A stretch of DNA of 63,035 nucleotides, filler included, from Choristocarpus tenellus KU-1152 (lineage: Eukaryota > Protista > Phaeophyceae): the NCBI GenBank assembly GCA_964200185.2. It is 10 parts of 10 records of this genome, joined end to end, with 100 filler letters (N's around TTAATTAATTAA, not from the genome) between each part and the next. Parts side by side here need not be neighbours in the genome. Positions count along the whole stretch, not along the records: positions 22,346 to 27,396 come from CAXNAD020012039.1; positions 27,497 to 41,015 come from CAXNAD020001464.1; 8 more parts are not named here. One strand, given 5' to 3'. Position 1 is the stretch's first letter. Every line of letters starts with the position of its first letter. A model generated the notes under the pieces. The model was not told where the DNA came from, did not search any database, and saw only the letters and a program-made list of their open reading frames with translations. The position numbers and the translations under genes were made by a program. This document shows, piece after piece, positions 27,118-39,686 of this stretch.

Positions 27118-28499
27118 TAGGCATAGCATTTGTAGGTGTATGTACTTTCCCCTCCAACTAGCCTCCCCCATGATACACCCTCAATCATTAGATACATCAC
27201 ATCACATCACATCACATCACCCAACACACATACAAGGTTTACACAACAATACAAAACAATAAACCAAAGCCCTACTTTAAAAATACATCTTTTTTATTCT
27301 TAAGGGGGGGGGAGGGGGGGGGGGGGCAGGGGAGAGGAGAGATGTATGAATTGATGGGGGGAAAGAGAAAAAGACTGGAGGCAACAACAAAAACAANNNN
27401 NNNNNNNNNNNNNNNNNNNNNNNNNNNNNNNNNNNNNNNNTTAATTAATTAANNNNNNNNNNNNNNNNNNNNNNNNNNNNNNNNNNNNNNNNNNNNGATT
27501 ATCCCACAACACTGGCTGTTTACACCACTGTCTATTCTTGTATCGGGGGGGGGGGGGTTGACAGCATCCGAATAGAGCAGCAAGCAACACTTGACCACAG
27601 TTACACACGGATCATTCGAAAACGTTTTTTTTTTAAATATATAACGGTGGTGACCCCTTTCCTGTACAGGGATTAACACTTCAATTGTATAACACATTCC
27701 AGACACCCAGATCGGTCGCCGTTGCTCCTGCCAAGAACCCAATGAATATCACGGCCAAGAGATTCGACCACTCTCTTTAGTATCCCACCGTCTAAATCCT
27801 CGGCACACCACACAAGAACTGCGAGGTCAACGATCCAATCAGCAAACCACTATCACAAGAGTACAAATTGTTCGTAAGTAACGTCAATTTATGTCTAACG
27901 TCGATATTTTTTTTCATCATCCTCACCACCGCATGGATTGAACCAATCAACGCCCAACAACGGCACGACATCCCCTGGGTACACACACACAAGCACACAC
28001 ACACAAGCACACACACACATCTATCCGATCACGCACTCTCCCCTCAGCACTTTTTTTTTCACCGACCTCTACGCATCAAGCCGCTTCCGTCACGTCAACA
28101 ACGCCTGTCCAATGAGAATCTAAGGACAATAGTGTAAAAAAAAATAAAATCTTCGATTATTTTTCTTGTGTTTTGTTTTGTTTTGTTTTGTTTTGTTTTA
28201 GTTCGATCGGCGGCATGGTATGACCAAGAGCGTAACCGTTGACGGTACATGCGGAATTTATTGTACCGTTAATGGTAAATGTGTATCGCCATACCACTGC
28301 GCTAACAATCCGATTTCCTACCGGGCGGATGTCAGAATATTTTCCAGAGAAGTAGGCGACCCGCCAACTAAACACCCCGAATGTGTCAGCGGGGGGAGAG
28401 GTCGGGCCATTGCAACACGAGCCCTCAAGCGGAGAGGAGTTCGTTGTCCACTTGCTCACCCCGGGAACAGAAAATTAATTCCAAGCGTAGCATCCTCAC

Positions 28500-29380
28500 C
28501 TTGGCCACAAGAGCCTCCCTGTCCTCTGCCACGGTTATGTCTGCCGTTATGCCATGGACGTCAAGACCCTGAGCACGCCACTCCTGGAGCCACAGGACAA
28601 AAGGGCAAGATGAGGTTTCTTGGGGGTTTCAGTGACCGATCACAGCCCCAAGCTGTCGACACAGTAAATAAACAAAATCAGGAAAGGACCTGATGAATTA
28701 GGGACACGAATAGGCTGGTTTGAATTTCTTGCCCAGCTCAGTATCAGGCAAATATTTCAAATCATTATCATGTCACACGCCCAACCAAGGGCCCTCGGCC
28801 CGGTACATAAGTTTCAAGCGAGCACCCTCCTCTGCCTGCTGTTCAAATCTTCAAATCTGTTCCATTGGGTCGCTCCTTGCTAGCACTTGCTCACATCAAC
28901 ACAAGCTGAGATCTGCGTGGAATTTCTGGAACAGGTGAGAACAGTTGCACCAAGCGATGCCAACTCTTCCACAACGGCCTTGCCAATACCCTGACACAAT
29001 AGCGATGGTCGGAAGCATGAGTAGGGATTGATTGCATCGCCTTACAAGTTTGGTCTCAGAACGATCTCTGGGATGCAGGATGTATCATGGATGAGGAGAC
29101 ATGTCATACAACGTCTACATTGGTGCTGTTGAGCACCTCCCCACACACCTCCATCCCCCATCCCACCCCATCCATCAGGTTCACCTACATGATATTCACA
29201 CACTCTCATAAACACTCTATGAGCATTGCTTCAGACACGCCAAGATCAATTAGCCTGATACGCAAAGGGTTTAGATTTGGAAGGTGGGACAGCATTGCAT
29301 ATCAAAAGTGGTCATAGCTCACCTTTGAGCGTCCAGTGACAAGAGCACACTTTTTGGCCAGCATCCATCGACTTGAAGGC
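28500..29380 (-). CDS. Tropinone-reductase-like short-chain dehydrogenase/reductase, N-terminal exons (~29380-29323, 28990-28895, 28583-28500)
   Basis: Spliced translation SRWMLAKKCALVTGRSK|GIGKAVVEELASLGATVLTCSRNSTQISACVD|EWRAQGLDVHGITADITVAEDREALVAK contains the TGxxxGxG Rossmann motif and the TCSRN signature. Both junctions are phase-0 GT-AG introns. Confidence 0.88.
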
Positions 29381-32065
29381 TGGGATGGTGCAAGCGAGGA
29401 AATCTTAACGGGCTGATTGGCAACCGTCCGAAGTTCCTGTATGTATATTCAAGTGAAGTGGTGAGCCGTTCAGGGAGGAATTGTAGCTTGCAGGATGTTA
29501 AGAGTTTCATCCACCACATGACAGTAGATAACAGGAAGGAAATGTTTGCAAGACTTTGGAGTGAGCATATTCTATCTGGGCAGCAACAGTTTGAAAATGC
29601 CAAAATTCTAGCGGCCCACTCAATTTTCAGAGGAAAATAGAGTGAAAATGGATGCATTACAACTATTTCAAGAATGAACAGGAAAAATGAGAGTACACCA
29701 CAGATCAGGACTACCACTACTACGCAACCTAACCTAACTACGTAACCTTTGTCAACTGTATTACTCATGCATACAGTGCAACAGCGGTTGCTGTACTGTG
29801 CAAGGGGAACAATATATTTAATTATAACAATCAGAGCTCACCACATTGTCATAGAACAAGCAATGTGACTGGTTGTGGTGATGAGAGTTGGTAATTTGGC
29901 AGCGACTTTGCGCCATCTTTAGTTATGCATTACACAAAAGTGAGTCGTACAACATGCTTGAAAGGTATTTTAGTGGTGGCATCTTGTGCCAACCTATTGG
30001 TTGAGGTATTGGGTTTGGGGTGATGTTGAATGCTCAGTTCCTTGACTTGGAACTGTGGTGGAGGGCAGTCAGGTGGTCAAGTACACATAGTGGATCCTGA
30101 GTCAGTGGTACTTGTAAAGGGGGTAGGTGGGAAATGTTGGGGTGTGCACTCCCTGTAGTCTCTTCCCACTTTTGCAAAAAATGTGAACAAGTTGTGGAGG
30201 ATCGATTCGACGTTGACGGGGAATGCCTTGGGTAGTAAGGAATATAGAAGGAGAGTGCATTGATTTGCTGTCGAGTTCAATGCAATGTAAAGGATGATTG
30301 CTTGATGAATATGGGAGGAGGGTCTAATGCATGATATCTAGGAGCTGGGAGGTACAGTGTAATGGGAATAAGGGCGTCGGAGCGAACCTACGGTCTGAAG
30401 TGCACAAATGGTCCAAGTCAACTGACGACCACGAACACATTATAAGCCAGCATATCCCTACCCCTACTACTCTCAATATAATCTAATTCAGCAAAATGGG
30501 AGTAGTTGGCTTGTTTTGAAGTTGATAAAGACCCATCTTGCAGTAGCAATATAGTGTTTGTTGTGAGACACGGCAGCATCGACGATACCCTTGCCATTTA
30601 ACATGGTAGAATCGTGTTTTTGGTAATACTACTGGCAAATGGATGCTGTGTTGGGAGAAGGAGGCCATTGATCAATATATGGTAGAGATTGAGAGAGTTT
30701 TTGTGCAATGCAGTGAGATGAAAAACTACAGCACGGACTATCCCTTCACGATATCCGATAGCCTCGTCGCATGTCTGGCTGAATTACGGATAAGCTGGGG
30801 TCAGAGGGGTCCTTGATTAAAACACGGAATGCAGTTGATCGGCACGCGGCAGCGAGCGGTACACTGTAGAGAGTGAGTATGTGGGAGTTATACCCATAGA
30901 AAAGATATTGAAAGCATCACCACGCTCACCTTGCCCATTCCATGACTGCAAAACATCATCCACAAGAGAATTGAGATGCTCTTCACGAACGTAGGCCATG
31001 TTCGAAGGCACACCTGTGGGCGACGCAGTGAAATATGTGAAAGACATTCCATTAACGAGCCCGAAGGCAAGCCCCAAAGCATCCTTGACTTACCCACTTC
31101 TACTGCACCTAACGCCTGGGTGATGAAGCGATGTCAGGAAGGAAAAGTACAATTCTTATCTATTTTTCCATTGTAAGAAAAAGTATTACATGAAAAACTA
31201 GTAGAAGAGTACATATTAGTTATGTAACGTGTAGGGCAACAACAACAAAATATTGTCAATAATGGCATGTCAACAAATGAAATCAGATTTGTGGTGTACA
31301 AGTCAGTTTCTGATAAATGGTCACCTTTATCAGCTCATCCATTATTCGTTTTGCCGATTAGTTTTGCTTTTTGATGAAAATCTGAACGGGAAAAAGAGAA
31401 CTGGAAAAATGTGACAGAAGAGAGTTAAACGATAGATTTCATTTGTGCAAAATGTCAGAGGGCATAATAATATTATAGATTTCATTTCGACTATACGGAC
31501 CTCTTGTATTGTACATACAAGACCTCCCAATGCCACCATCACACCACTCCACCGTAACGTCTAACCCTCGAAAGTCAATACCAATAAAAATGAATCATGC
31601 CTTATCAGGATGCGGTCACGGCCGTAGGCTTTGAGCTGAATGCTGCGATGTCATGGGTAGTGTGAGGAGACTGAAGAACACGTGCGGTTCAAAGATGACG
31701 GCTGCTCATTTGAAGTTGTAAAAAGCGGTTCCCATGGCCTATGTGGCGAGGTCTGTGGAGGAGTGGGGAAGCACAGTTTCACAGAATTTGATACATGTCT
31801 TGGCAACGCAAGCATACATGGAAGTGGCGGTCCCTAGATTATTGAAGTGGTTAGGAGAGGAAGCCCCAGACTTGACCCCCCCGACTCTTACCAAGGAATT
31901 GTTGGCGCAGACAACCTTGGGAACCAGGAAGAAGACCATTCCGAAGACATTCCTAAGTGCAAACACTTCAATATGGTCCAGGTGGACTAAGGCGCAGAAG
32001 ATTGTCACCAACGTTTATATCCCCCTATGGCTGACATGAATATGACATTAGATGTTGCTTGAGCT

Positions 32066-35000
32066 TGTAGGCACAGCATGGAGGGTTTTCCTAACATAGC
32101 TGAGGCGTTTGCATTATTGTACTTTTAGAGCATATGTGATCCTTGACTGTGGGTCTATGCTCACTCCTTCAACAAATAACAGAACTGTAAGCCCCAATGT
32201 GGTGTGGAGTCCTTACATGCTATCATAGATCAGTTCCTGTGGTTGAATTGTTCATAATTCAATTGAATTCTCGAGACCTGACCATAGGATCGAGTGCGGC
32301 ACTGGAATTTGCTGCGGAAGGCCAACACATGATCGCAGGAGCTTTCTGGAGCTTGGATTGCACACAACCGAGCAAAAACCAGCATAGTTTCTTGAGAGAC
32401 GAGGGGTCCAATATGTCAATGAACGACGGCAATGGACCTGGCGCAGCATGGGGGGGTTGCAAGAGACCATTTGGTCTAATTTAATGATAGCACAGCATAT
32501 TCAACCTCAATGAGTTGAGTCAGAGACGAGCACTGCTGTGGGGCGAACTAAAAAATAATTGGGCTGCAGCGACAGAGAAGCAACTCCTTAAAGCCCTTTA
32601 GAAGGTGGTGAGAGTCAATAGAGTGAAAGTATCTTAGAGGGTATGAATTTTGCCTGTTTGTCCATTTGGGACTTGGCTTCCCACAGGTGTTTTATGACAT
32701 TTTCCTACTCGGAAATGTTTCAGAGTAGGTAAAATGTATGCGTTTTGAAACGGTGTGTCTGGGACAAGGATATTCACACTTCCTAACAAACACGATAGTC
32801 AAAATTACATCAAAACCGGAACATTGGATTTTGGTCCCCAAATGGACGCCGCTCTACCCAAGATACTTTGACTCATAACAACTGCAGAACCTTCGACATA
32901 GGGCAAATTCAAAGGGATTTGCAGAGGGTGGCCCGGATGGGAAACGAAGGGCCATCTGCAGATAGGGTCATGGGTGTGATCCAGGATATAGAAAGCTATC
33001 TGAAAGGAAAAAATCTGGATGGTGCTTTCCGAAATAATGCTGGACAAGTGGGGGAGACTTGGAAGGCAGGGCCGGGAAGGTACTCTCGGAGGCCTTTATT
33101 GCACGGCTTAAGCCCCCTGCGTTTAAGGCTGAAATTGCCAAGTATGTAGCTTGGGATCCTGAGCAAAAAAAGGATCCAGACCAGATCTTTGAGCTTGTAA
33201 AGGAGGAAGCCGAAAACTGGAGAATATATGAGAGAGCCTGGGAAATTGAATCGAAACAAACCAAGCAAGGCGAACCTGGTGGTAAACACCAAGAGGGGAA
33301 GCCTAAGTTTGGGGAGACGAATGGCAAGCCAGGGGAAGGCACGCCTGGTAGTGGACTGAGTGTGAGAGAGAACAAGTTCCAAGGGACCTGTGCTGCATGT
33401 GGGAACGTTGAGCATAAAAATGCTCAATGCCGAAGCTTGCTGGTAGGAACAGTAGCATCAGCAGTAGGGGTACCCACAACATCTTGGTAGAGGTGCAGAC
33501 CCTGGGAGGGTATCTGGACCAGGGTCAAGACAACAACCCGGGGGTGCCAAACAGCAACCCTCAATTGTACAGGGAGGAACAAGCCGTCTAGGTGCAGCCC
33601 AAGGTACAAGGAGCAGCAGGAGTTAGCTGCACAGGCTGCTACCGAGTTAAGGCAAAGCACTGGTGGTGGGAGTACGAGTGGCAGGTCAGTGAGGGTCAAT
33701 GAGATCGTTCATGACGATGTAGATCATGGGATGGCTCTACTGCTACCAAGCCCGGATCCTAACATTAATCCTTATGCAGGCCATACTGTCCTGCGAAAAA
33801 TCCAGGGCACTCACGAGGAAGTGTCCCTAGCTACGGAAGGGGTGGAAGTAGAATGGTTGTTTGAGCTACCATGGTACAGCAGATGTAATTCCAGTGGGGG
33901 TCAACATGCGTGGGAAGATGCCTTTCAGTATGAAGGCCCTGATGGACCCAGGGTCAGGGATCACAGGCATATCTGAGAGCCTGGTGAAAAAAAATGCAGC
34001 AGTGTTTTGGTGGAGCATTGCTAACCAAGCCCCTCCACCAGCCCTTCCCCGTCAAGATCGCAAATGGATTATCTGAGTCCATAGGGAGTGTGACTAGTCC
34101 CTTAAATGTGGCACTCCACTCGGGCTATGGACCCGTAGTGGTGAGAAATCTTGTCTTGCAGTTATACCAGGCAATGATGATGTGATAATTGTGGGCAGCA
34201 AGATATTGCGGGATGTTTTAGGCTTTGACATGAAGCAATCCTTCGAGGAAGCGGCCTGAAGGAACACAGAACTGCACATCGCAGATATCTAGAACAAGAC
34301 ATTACTTCTATGCGACGTATGAGTGTTAGCGTGGAGGTGATGGAGAAGAGTATGGGGACGGCTCATCTGGACAGAGGCAACGAATTCATCTCTACACTAC
34401 TGGAGCAAGGCCCTGAGCTCATGATGGACCCTGCAGAAGAGGAAAAAAACTGAGGCTTGGCCTGCCTTAGAAACTTCTTTTCAAGAGGCACAATGGGCCG
34501 GGATACCCTTGGGTGCCTGGGGGCGCCTACAGCAGGTGATAGCAACCCGAACCAATGTGTTCCGGGCATTCTTGGGGGCTGACCCGCCTGCCAAGGTGGA
34601 GCCAATACAGGTGGTGCTGAAGGAAGGGGCAAACCCAGGGTGTCCCATCCAGAGCAACACAACTGGATGGCAGGATTTGTGGGCTTGCTCGTCGTACTGG
34701 GGATGCTGCGACGGACCCCACAGGCTATATGGAGCAGCCATCATTGCCTTTGCCCAAGCCAGGGGGGTGGGGCTACCACCTAGTAACAGATTTCAGAGAA
34801 GTAAACAGCTGCACAGAGGCGTGCCCTTTTCCTATGCCCAACCTCGAGGCAATGATGGCCAAACTTCAAGGTGCGGCATGCTTTGCCAAGCTTGAACTGT
34901 TCAAAGGTTACTGGCAGTTTCCATCTTCTAAAATGGGACAGGAAATCTATACTATGGTGACGGGGGATGGCCTGTTCTCTCCAACCCGTGTCCCACAGGG

Positions 35001-36898
35001 CGTGTGCTCAATGCTACCTCACATTTCCAAGCACAGATGAGTCAAGTATTAACAGGTTTGCTCCACGAGATCTGCATGCTGTGGATGGATAACATCATCG
35101 TGTGGGGCCAAGATGCTAATGATCTTGTGGATAATCTCGATGCTGTGCTTAGCAGGTTGGCCCATCATGGGATATATGCAGCAGGTGACAAGACCTTGCT
35201 ATTCACCACTGAGATTAAGTGGTGTGGGAAGATTTACACAGGACAGACCGTCCAGCATGACGCTGTCTACAGGGGCTGGTTGACCTTCACAGGCCCAAGA
35301 CAGCGGGGGAGATGGCGGTTCTTGCAGGCTGCAAACTGGCTGAAGTTATATCTGCCTCGTATGTCAGAGACAGTAGAGCCCCTGCGGGTGTTGCTGGAAA
35401 GGCGTCTGGCAGGTGTAAAACGACGGACCGAACGGGTAGACTCCACCCTTCCCATACATGAGGAGGATTGGTCCCTGGAGCAAGCAGCGGCATGGATAGC
35501 TGCACAAAAAATGGTCTCACAGGCAGTCGAGCTCTCAGATCCCAGGGAGGGGTATGCTGTGCTAATGTTTCCAGACGCCTCTGATAAGCACTGGGGGTGT
35601 TTAGTTACACAGGTCCTTAAGGAGGAGCTGAATAGTGGTGTGAAAGTGGGAGGTATGAGCCATGAGCCACTGGGTTCTTTCAGAGGGTCACAGCCATGTT
35701 GAGCCACGGTGGATAAGGAGGCGTTTGCCATCGAGGGAACTTATTGGCGTTTGGAGTGGCTGCTCTGGAAGGGGGCTCACATTTTTGCAACCATTGAAAT
35801 CTTGCCTATATCTTTCACCTATCCCTGTGTGTCACAGATCTAAGGCCATTGCTCAACGTATTTTACATTGGGCAACATTCTTGGGACGGTACAACTACAC
35901 CATCCAGCACATCGCTGGAGTAGGTAGGGAACGGTACAACTACGCCATACAACATCATGTATGGTCGGGAACCTTGTACTGCTCTATCAACTGTGAGCAA
36001 CTCGCAGGAAGGGACATGGTCGCCTGTACCATTTAATAAAGAGCAGATGCAGGCCTTGACTGGGGAGCTACAGGTTGCCCAGGAACAGATGCACGAGAGG
36101 GTTCTGGGGCGGGTCCAGCACAACGATGTAGCGCAGCTTGTCAGGGTGTAATGCCTAACTTTGCCATAGGCAACATTGTAATGGTGGCATGAATACGTAA
36201 GAAGGGCAACACACCCAAGCTGGTAAGCACTTGGACTGGGCCATGGCGTGTGGTGGCCACGGAACAACCACATGCTTGTGAAGTACAGAATATCATCTTT
36301 GGTGACGTGCAACAGGTACGTGTGTTGAGGTTGCGGTTCTATACAGAGAAGGAGGCGAACGTAACCATGGAAATGAAACAAACACTCCAGTACATGCAGA
36401 ACCAGGGGGAATTTGAAATATCTGATAATCTGGCAGTGCGCAGGGCAGAAGGATATGGATACCAGGTTTTGGTGGATTGGTTGGGATTTAATGAGGACGA
36501 GAGGACGTGGGAGCCACTCTCTTCCATTTTAGAGGATGCCCCTGTCTTTCTATATAAACAGTTGAAGAAACTGAAGTTGCATGCTCAAGTGCGCAATGCG
36601 ATTAGGCAGCAGTACAAGATTGACATTTGAGTTGGACATTGTACGCTGTTCTTTGTCGAGCTAGCAGTTTTGCTACTATTAGTAGCACGCTTGGCTTTGG
36701 GGGTGTTGTAGACACAGCATGGAGGGTTTTCCTAACACATAGCTGAAGCATTTGCATTATTTGATGTTTGGAACATATGTGATCCTTGACTGGATCTACA
36801 CTCACTCCTTCAACAAATAACAGAGCTGTAAGCCCCAACGTGGGGTGGAGTCCTTACATGCTATCATAGGTCAGTTCCTGTGGTTGAACTGTCTATAA
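32066..36898 (+). mobile_element. Gypsy/Ty3 LTR retrotransposon with C-terminal chromodomain, decayed; LTR-homologous segments 32066-32257 and 36707-36898
   Basis: Direct repeats starting TGTAG(G/A)CACAGCATGGAGGG; gag zinc knuckle CAACGNVEHKNAQC; protease ALMDPGSG; RT (DFREVN, LFKGYWQ, PTRVPQG, WMDNII); RNase H FPDASDKHWG; chromodomain YQVLVDWLGFNEDERTWEPL. Confidence 0.93.
32621..32874 (+). mobile_element. Full-length MITE copy inserted in Gypsy gag, TSD ATA
   Basis: ATA|GAGTGAAAGTATCTTAGAGGGTA ... AAGATACTTTGACTC|ATA. The gag frame rejoins as KVVRVNNNCRTFDIG after removal. Confidence 0.95.
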
Positions 36899-37006
36899 GC
36901 TCCTGCTGTATTGCATTTCACACTTTCGTAGGTTACACACCTGTAATCCATAATCACAACGCTCAATGGTGAGTATCTTAACATACACACATCCAGCACT
37001 TTTCTT

Positions 37007-37260
37007 GAGTGAAAGTATCTTAGAGGGTACTAGTTTAGCCCTGTTTGTCCATTTGGGACTTGGTTCCCACGGGTTCATAATGACATTTTACCTACTCCAA
37101 AATGTTTCGGAGTAGGTAAAATGTGTATGTTATGAAAAGGAGCGTCTGGAACAAGGATATTGACTTCTCTTAACATGATAGCCAAAATTACATCAAAATT
37201 GCAATATTGGATTTTGGGCCCCAAATGGACGCGACTCTACCCTCTATGATACTTTGACAC
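37007..37260 (+). mobile_element. Full-length MITE copy, apparent TSD TCTT
   Basis: TCTT|GAGTGAAAGTATCTTAGAGGGTA ... ATGATACTTTGACAC|TCTT. Confidence 0.93.
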
Positions 37261-37373
37261 TCTTGCTTCCCAGTCTTGTTCCTGGAGGAAAATTGCGGTC
37301 TGGGGAGCAGGAGATGGAATGCCTGCAGAAGCTGTGCGACCTGTTGTGGGATGAACGGGAGAAATCGAGGATT

Positions 37374-37632
37374 GAGTGAAAGTATCTTAGAGAGTACGAG
37401 TTTTTCCCTGTTTGTCCATTTGGAGCTTAACTGCCCTGATGGTTTTAATGACATTTTACCTACTCCAAAATATTTCGGAGTAAATAAAATGTGTACGTTA
37501 TGAAATGAAATGTCCCGATCAAGGATATTGACATCTCATAACAAAAATGATAGCCAAGATTACATCAAAATTGCAACATTGGATTTTGGCCCCCAAATGG
37601 ACACGGCTCTACCCTCTAAGATACTTTGGCTC
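37374..37632 (+). mobile_element. Full-length MITE copy, TSD ATT
   Basis: ATT|GAGTGAAAGTATCTTAGAG ... CTAAGATACTTTGGCTC|ATT. Confidence 0.95.
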
Positions 37633-37786
37633 ATTACTGGGAGTACCATCGACCTTGTTGGAGGGGGGGAGGACGAAGGCGAATCTCCTCCGACGACTGA
37701 GGCTAAAGTGGTGGTGTCTGATTCAGGAGGTCCCACTTCCAGTCCTGCCAGCGCCACCCCAGAATGGTCCAGCGACGAACTACCCT

Positions 37787-38044
37787 GAGTGTATGTATCT
37801 TAGAAGGTAAAGCCCGTCCGTTTGCGGGCAAAATTCCAATTTTGCAATTTTGACATAATTTTGGGTATCTTTTTTGTTAGGAAGTATCAATATCCTTGTT
37901 CCAAACAAGCATTTTCAAAACGTATACATTTTACATGCTCCAGAACATTTCGGAGTAGGTAAAACATCGTAAAGAACCCGTGGGAAGCCAAGCCCCAAAT
38001 GAACAAACAGGGCAAAACTTGCACCCTTCAAGATACTTTCACTC
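37787..38044 (-). mobile_element. Full-length MITE copy (inverted), apparent TSD CCCT
   Basis: CCCT|GAGTGTATGTATCTTAGAAGGTA ... CAAGATACTTTCACTC|CCCT. Confidence 0.92.
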
Positions 38045-39067
38045 CCCTCTCCTGGACCAGGGGGGAGACCTTCACCCAGGTTTCCCCTATTCCCCACCTC
38101 CAAAAAAAGTATCAGATGGTTGGGTTCCTCTATATCTTGTCCTGTTTGCAGTGTATGGACCCCCGTCCATTGATGTGCTCCAAGACTTTGACATGAGTAT
38201 GAGTGAGGGACCCCCACAAGAAGGGTCCACATCCTGTGACTTCAGCAAGGATGGGGGGTCAATGGAGTCCTCTTCAATGGAGGGTGTGGAGGCAATGAGG
38301 AGGTTTAGGCTAGCAGCAAACTAAGGATCGAGGATTCGACAGCAGTTACGGAGGGCTGCTGAGGAGGACTTGAAGTTGGAAGCAGGGTCAAGGAAAAAAA
38401 GTAGGATAGACGACCACAATATTAGTGCCCTCGTATCCACATGGGATGATGCGTCTAGAGACATGAGGAGACACACAGAAATCATGGAAGAAAAGGCTAC
38501 TACTACAGAAGATAGGAAGAAAAGGATGGGAGATAGGCGCAAATTTGACGGAATGGTCAAGACTGCAAAGCAAGGTTGGCGGACTTTCGAGAAGAGTGGT
38601 GATAATGTTCGGGCAGAGTTCTGTAGGAACCGCTATGAGGAACTGGTGGCAGCGAGGCTGGATGAGAATATCAGTGGTGCTGGGGTGATGTTGGGAAGTG
38701 GTGGGACGGTGGTGAAGGGGGGCTCAGGGGATTTGGAGCCAGATAGTGGCGAAGGTGAGGTTGACTTGGGGGCTTTGGGAACAAGCAGTGGCGAAGGGGG
38801 AGTTTACTTGCGGATTTTGGGGACAGGCAGCAGTAGTGGGGGGATAGACTTGGGGAATCAGTTGTAACACAGCTGTCAGTGTAGTGCTCAGTAGTCTTTT
38901 ACAGCAGTGCCATGCACGTAGGAGTACCATCATCACTCTGGACGGCATTGGTAAATCTTTGTTTAAATTTGAGGTAATTTGTTATTTTTTGGAATATATT
39001 TTTGTGTAAAGTCCTCTTATCTTGAGCTTCTAATGCATACCCAAACAAAGCTGTCAACCCTGACCTT

Positions 39068-39326
39068 GAGCCCAAGTATCTTGGAGGGCAGAGCCGTGTC
39101 CATTTGGGGGGCAAATTCCAATGTTGCGATTTTGATGTAATTTTGGTAGTCGTGTTTGTCAGGAAGAGTCAATAGCCATATTCTGGACACACCTTTTCAT
39201 AACATACACATTTTATCTACTCCTAGACATTTTGGAGTAGGAAAATGTGATAAAAAAAAACGTGGGAAGCCAAGCCCCAAATGGACAAACAGGGCAAAAC
39301 TCGTACCCTCTAAGATACTTTCACCC
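39068..39326 (-). mobile_element. Full-length MITE copy (inverted)
   Basis: GAGCCCAAGTATCTTGGAGGGCAGAGCC ... TACCCTCTAAGATACTTTCACCC; flanks CTT/CTC. Confidence 0.92.
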
Positions 39327-39686
39327 CTCGTATCATGACCTTGAGCAAGGTTAAAGTAACGATGGTGATCCCAGCTCTTCAGAACGTTGGTTAGGGTAAA
39401 ATGTTATCCACTACTTAGAATGAAGTGAGCTGCTCTTGTCCATGAGGACGATCTTTATCTAAACAAATTGTCAACAGCCAGTGGCAATTAATCTTCCTTT
39501 TGACTGTTCACTCTCAATCACTCTCTATATTGTACTGACAAATGATTCTTTGTCCTGTATTACGTCATTCTACCTCTTCTTGTATGTACTTTAAAAAAAG
39601 TAAAATATCAATTGTACCATTCACTGTCACATAAAGTGTCAATAGTGCAAAATACAAAGCACTGTTTGACAAGCAAGATCCCATCA

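Larger units (their letters stand above)
31696..38867 (+). pseudogene. Myb/SANT-like (NAM-associated type) accessory gene of a PIF/Harbinger element, split by a Gypsy and three MITEs
   Basis: Segments 31696-32035 (KAVPMAYVARSVEEWGS...SIWSRWTKAQKIVTNVYIPLW), 37272-37373 (LVPGGKLRSGEQEMECLQKLCDLLW), 37636-37786 and 38049-38867 (DGWVPLYLVLFAVYGPPS...GSRKKSR..coiled coil). The frame is continuous across the 37374 MITE after removing the TSD. One indel and two in-frame stops remain. Confidence 0.65.

Noticed and set aside
26300-27262. Poly-Leu and Tyr/Ile/His-rich ORFs
   Set aside because: These are translations of (AAT)n and (AT/AC)n microsatellites.
37374-37632. MITE acting as an introner (spliced out of host ORFs)
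   Set aside because: The candidate GT donors in the left TIR, paired with the last AG, leave 17, 23 or 35 extra nt, none of which preserves the frame. The interrupted ORFs also carry stops.
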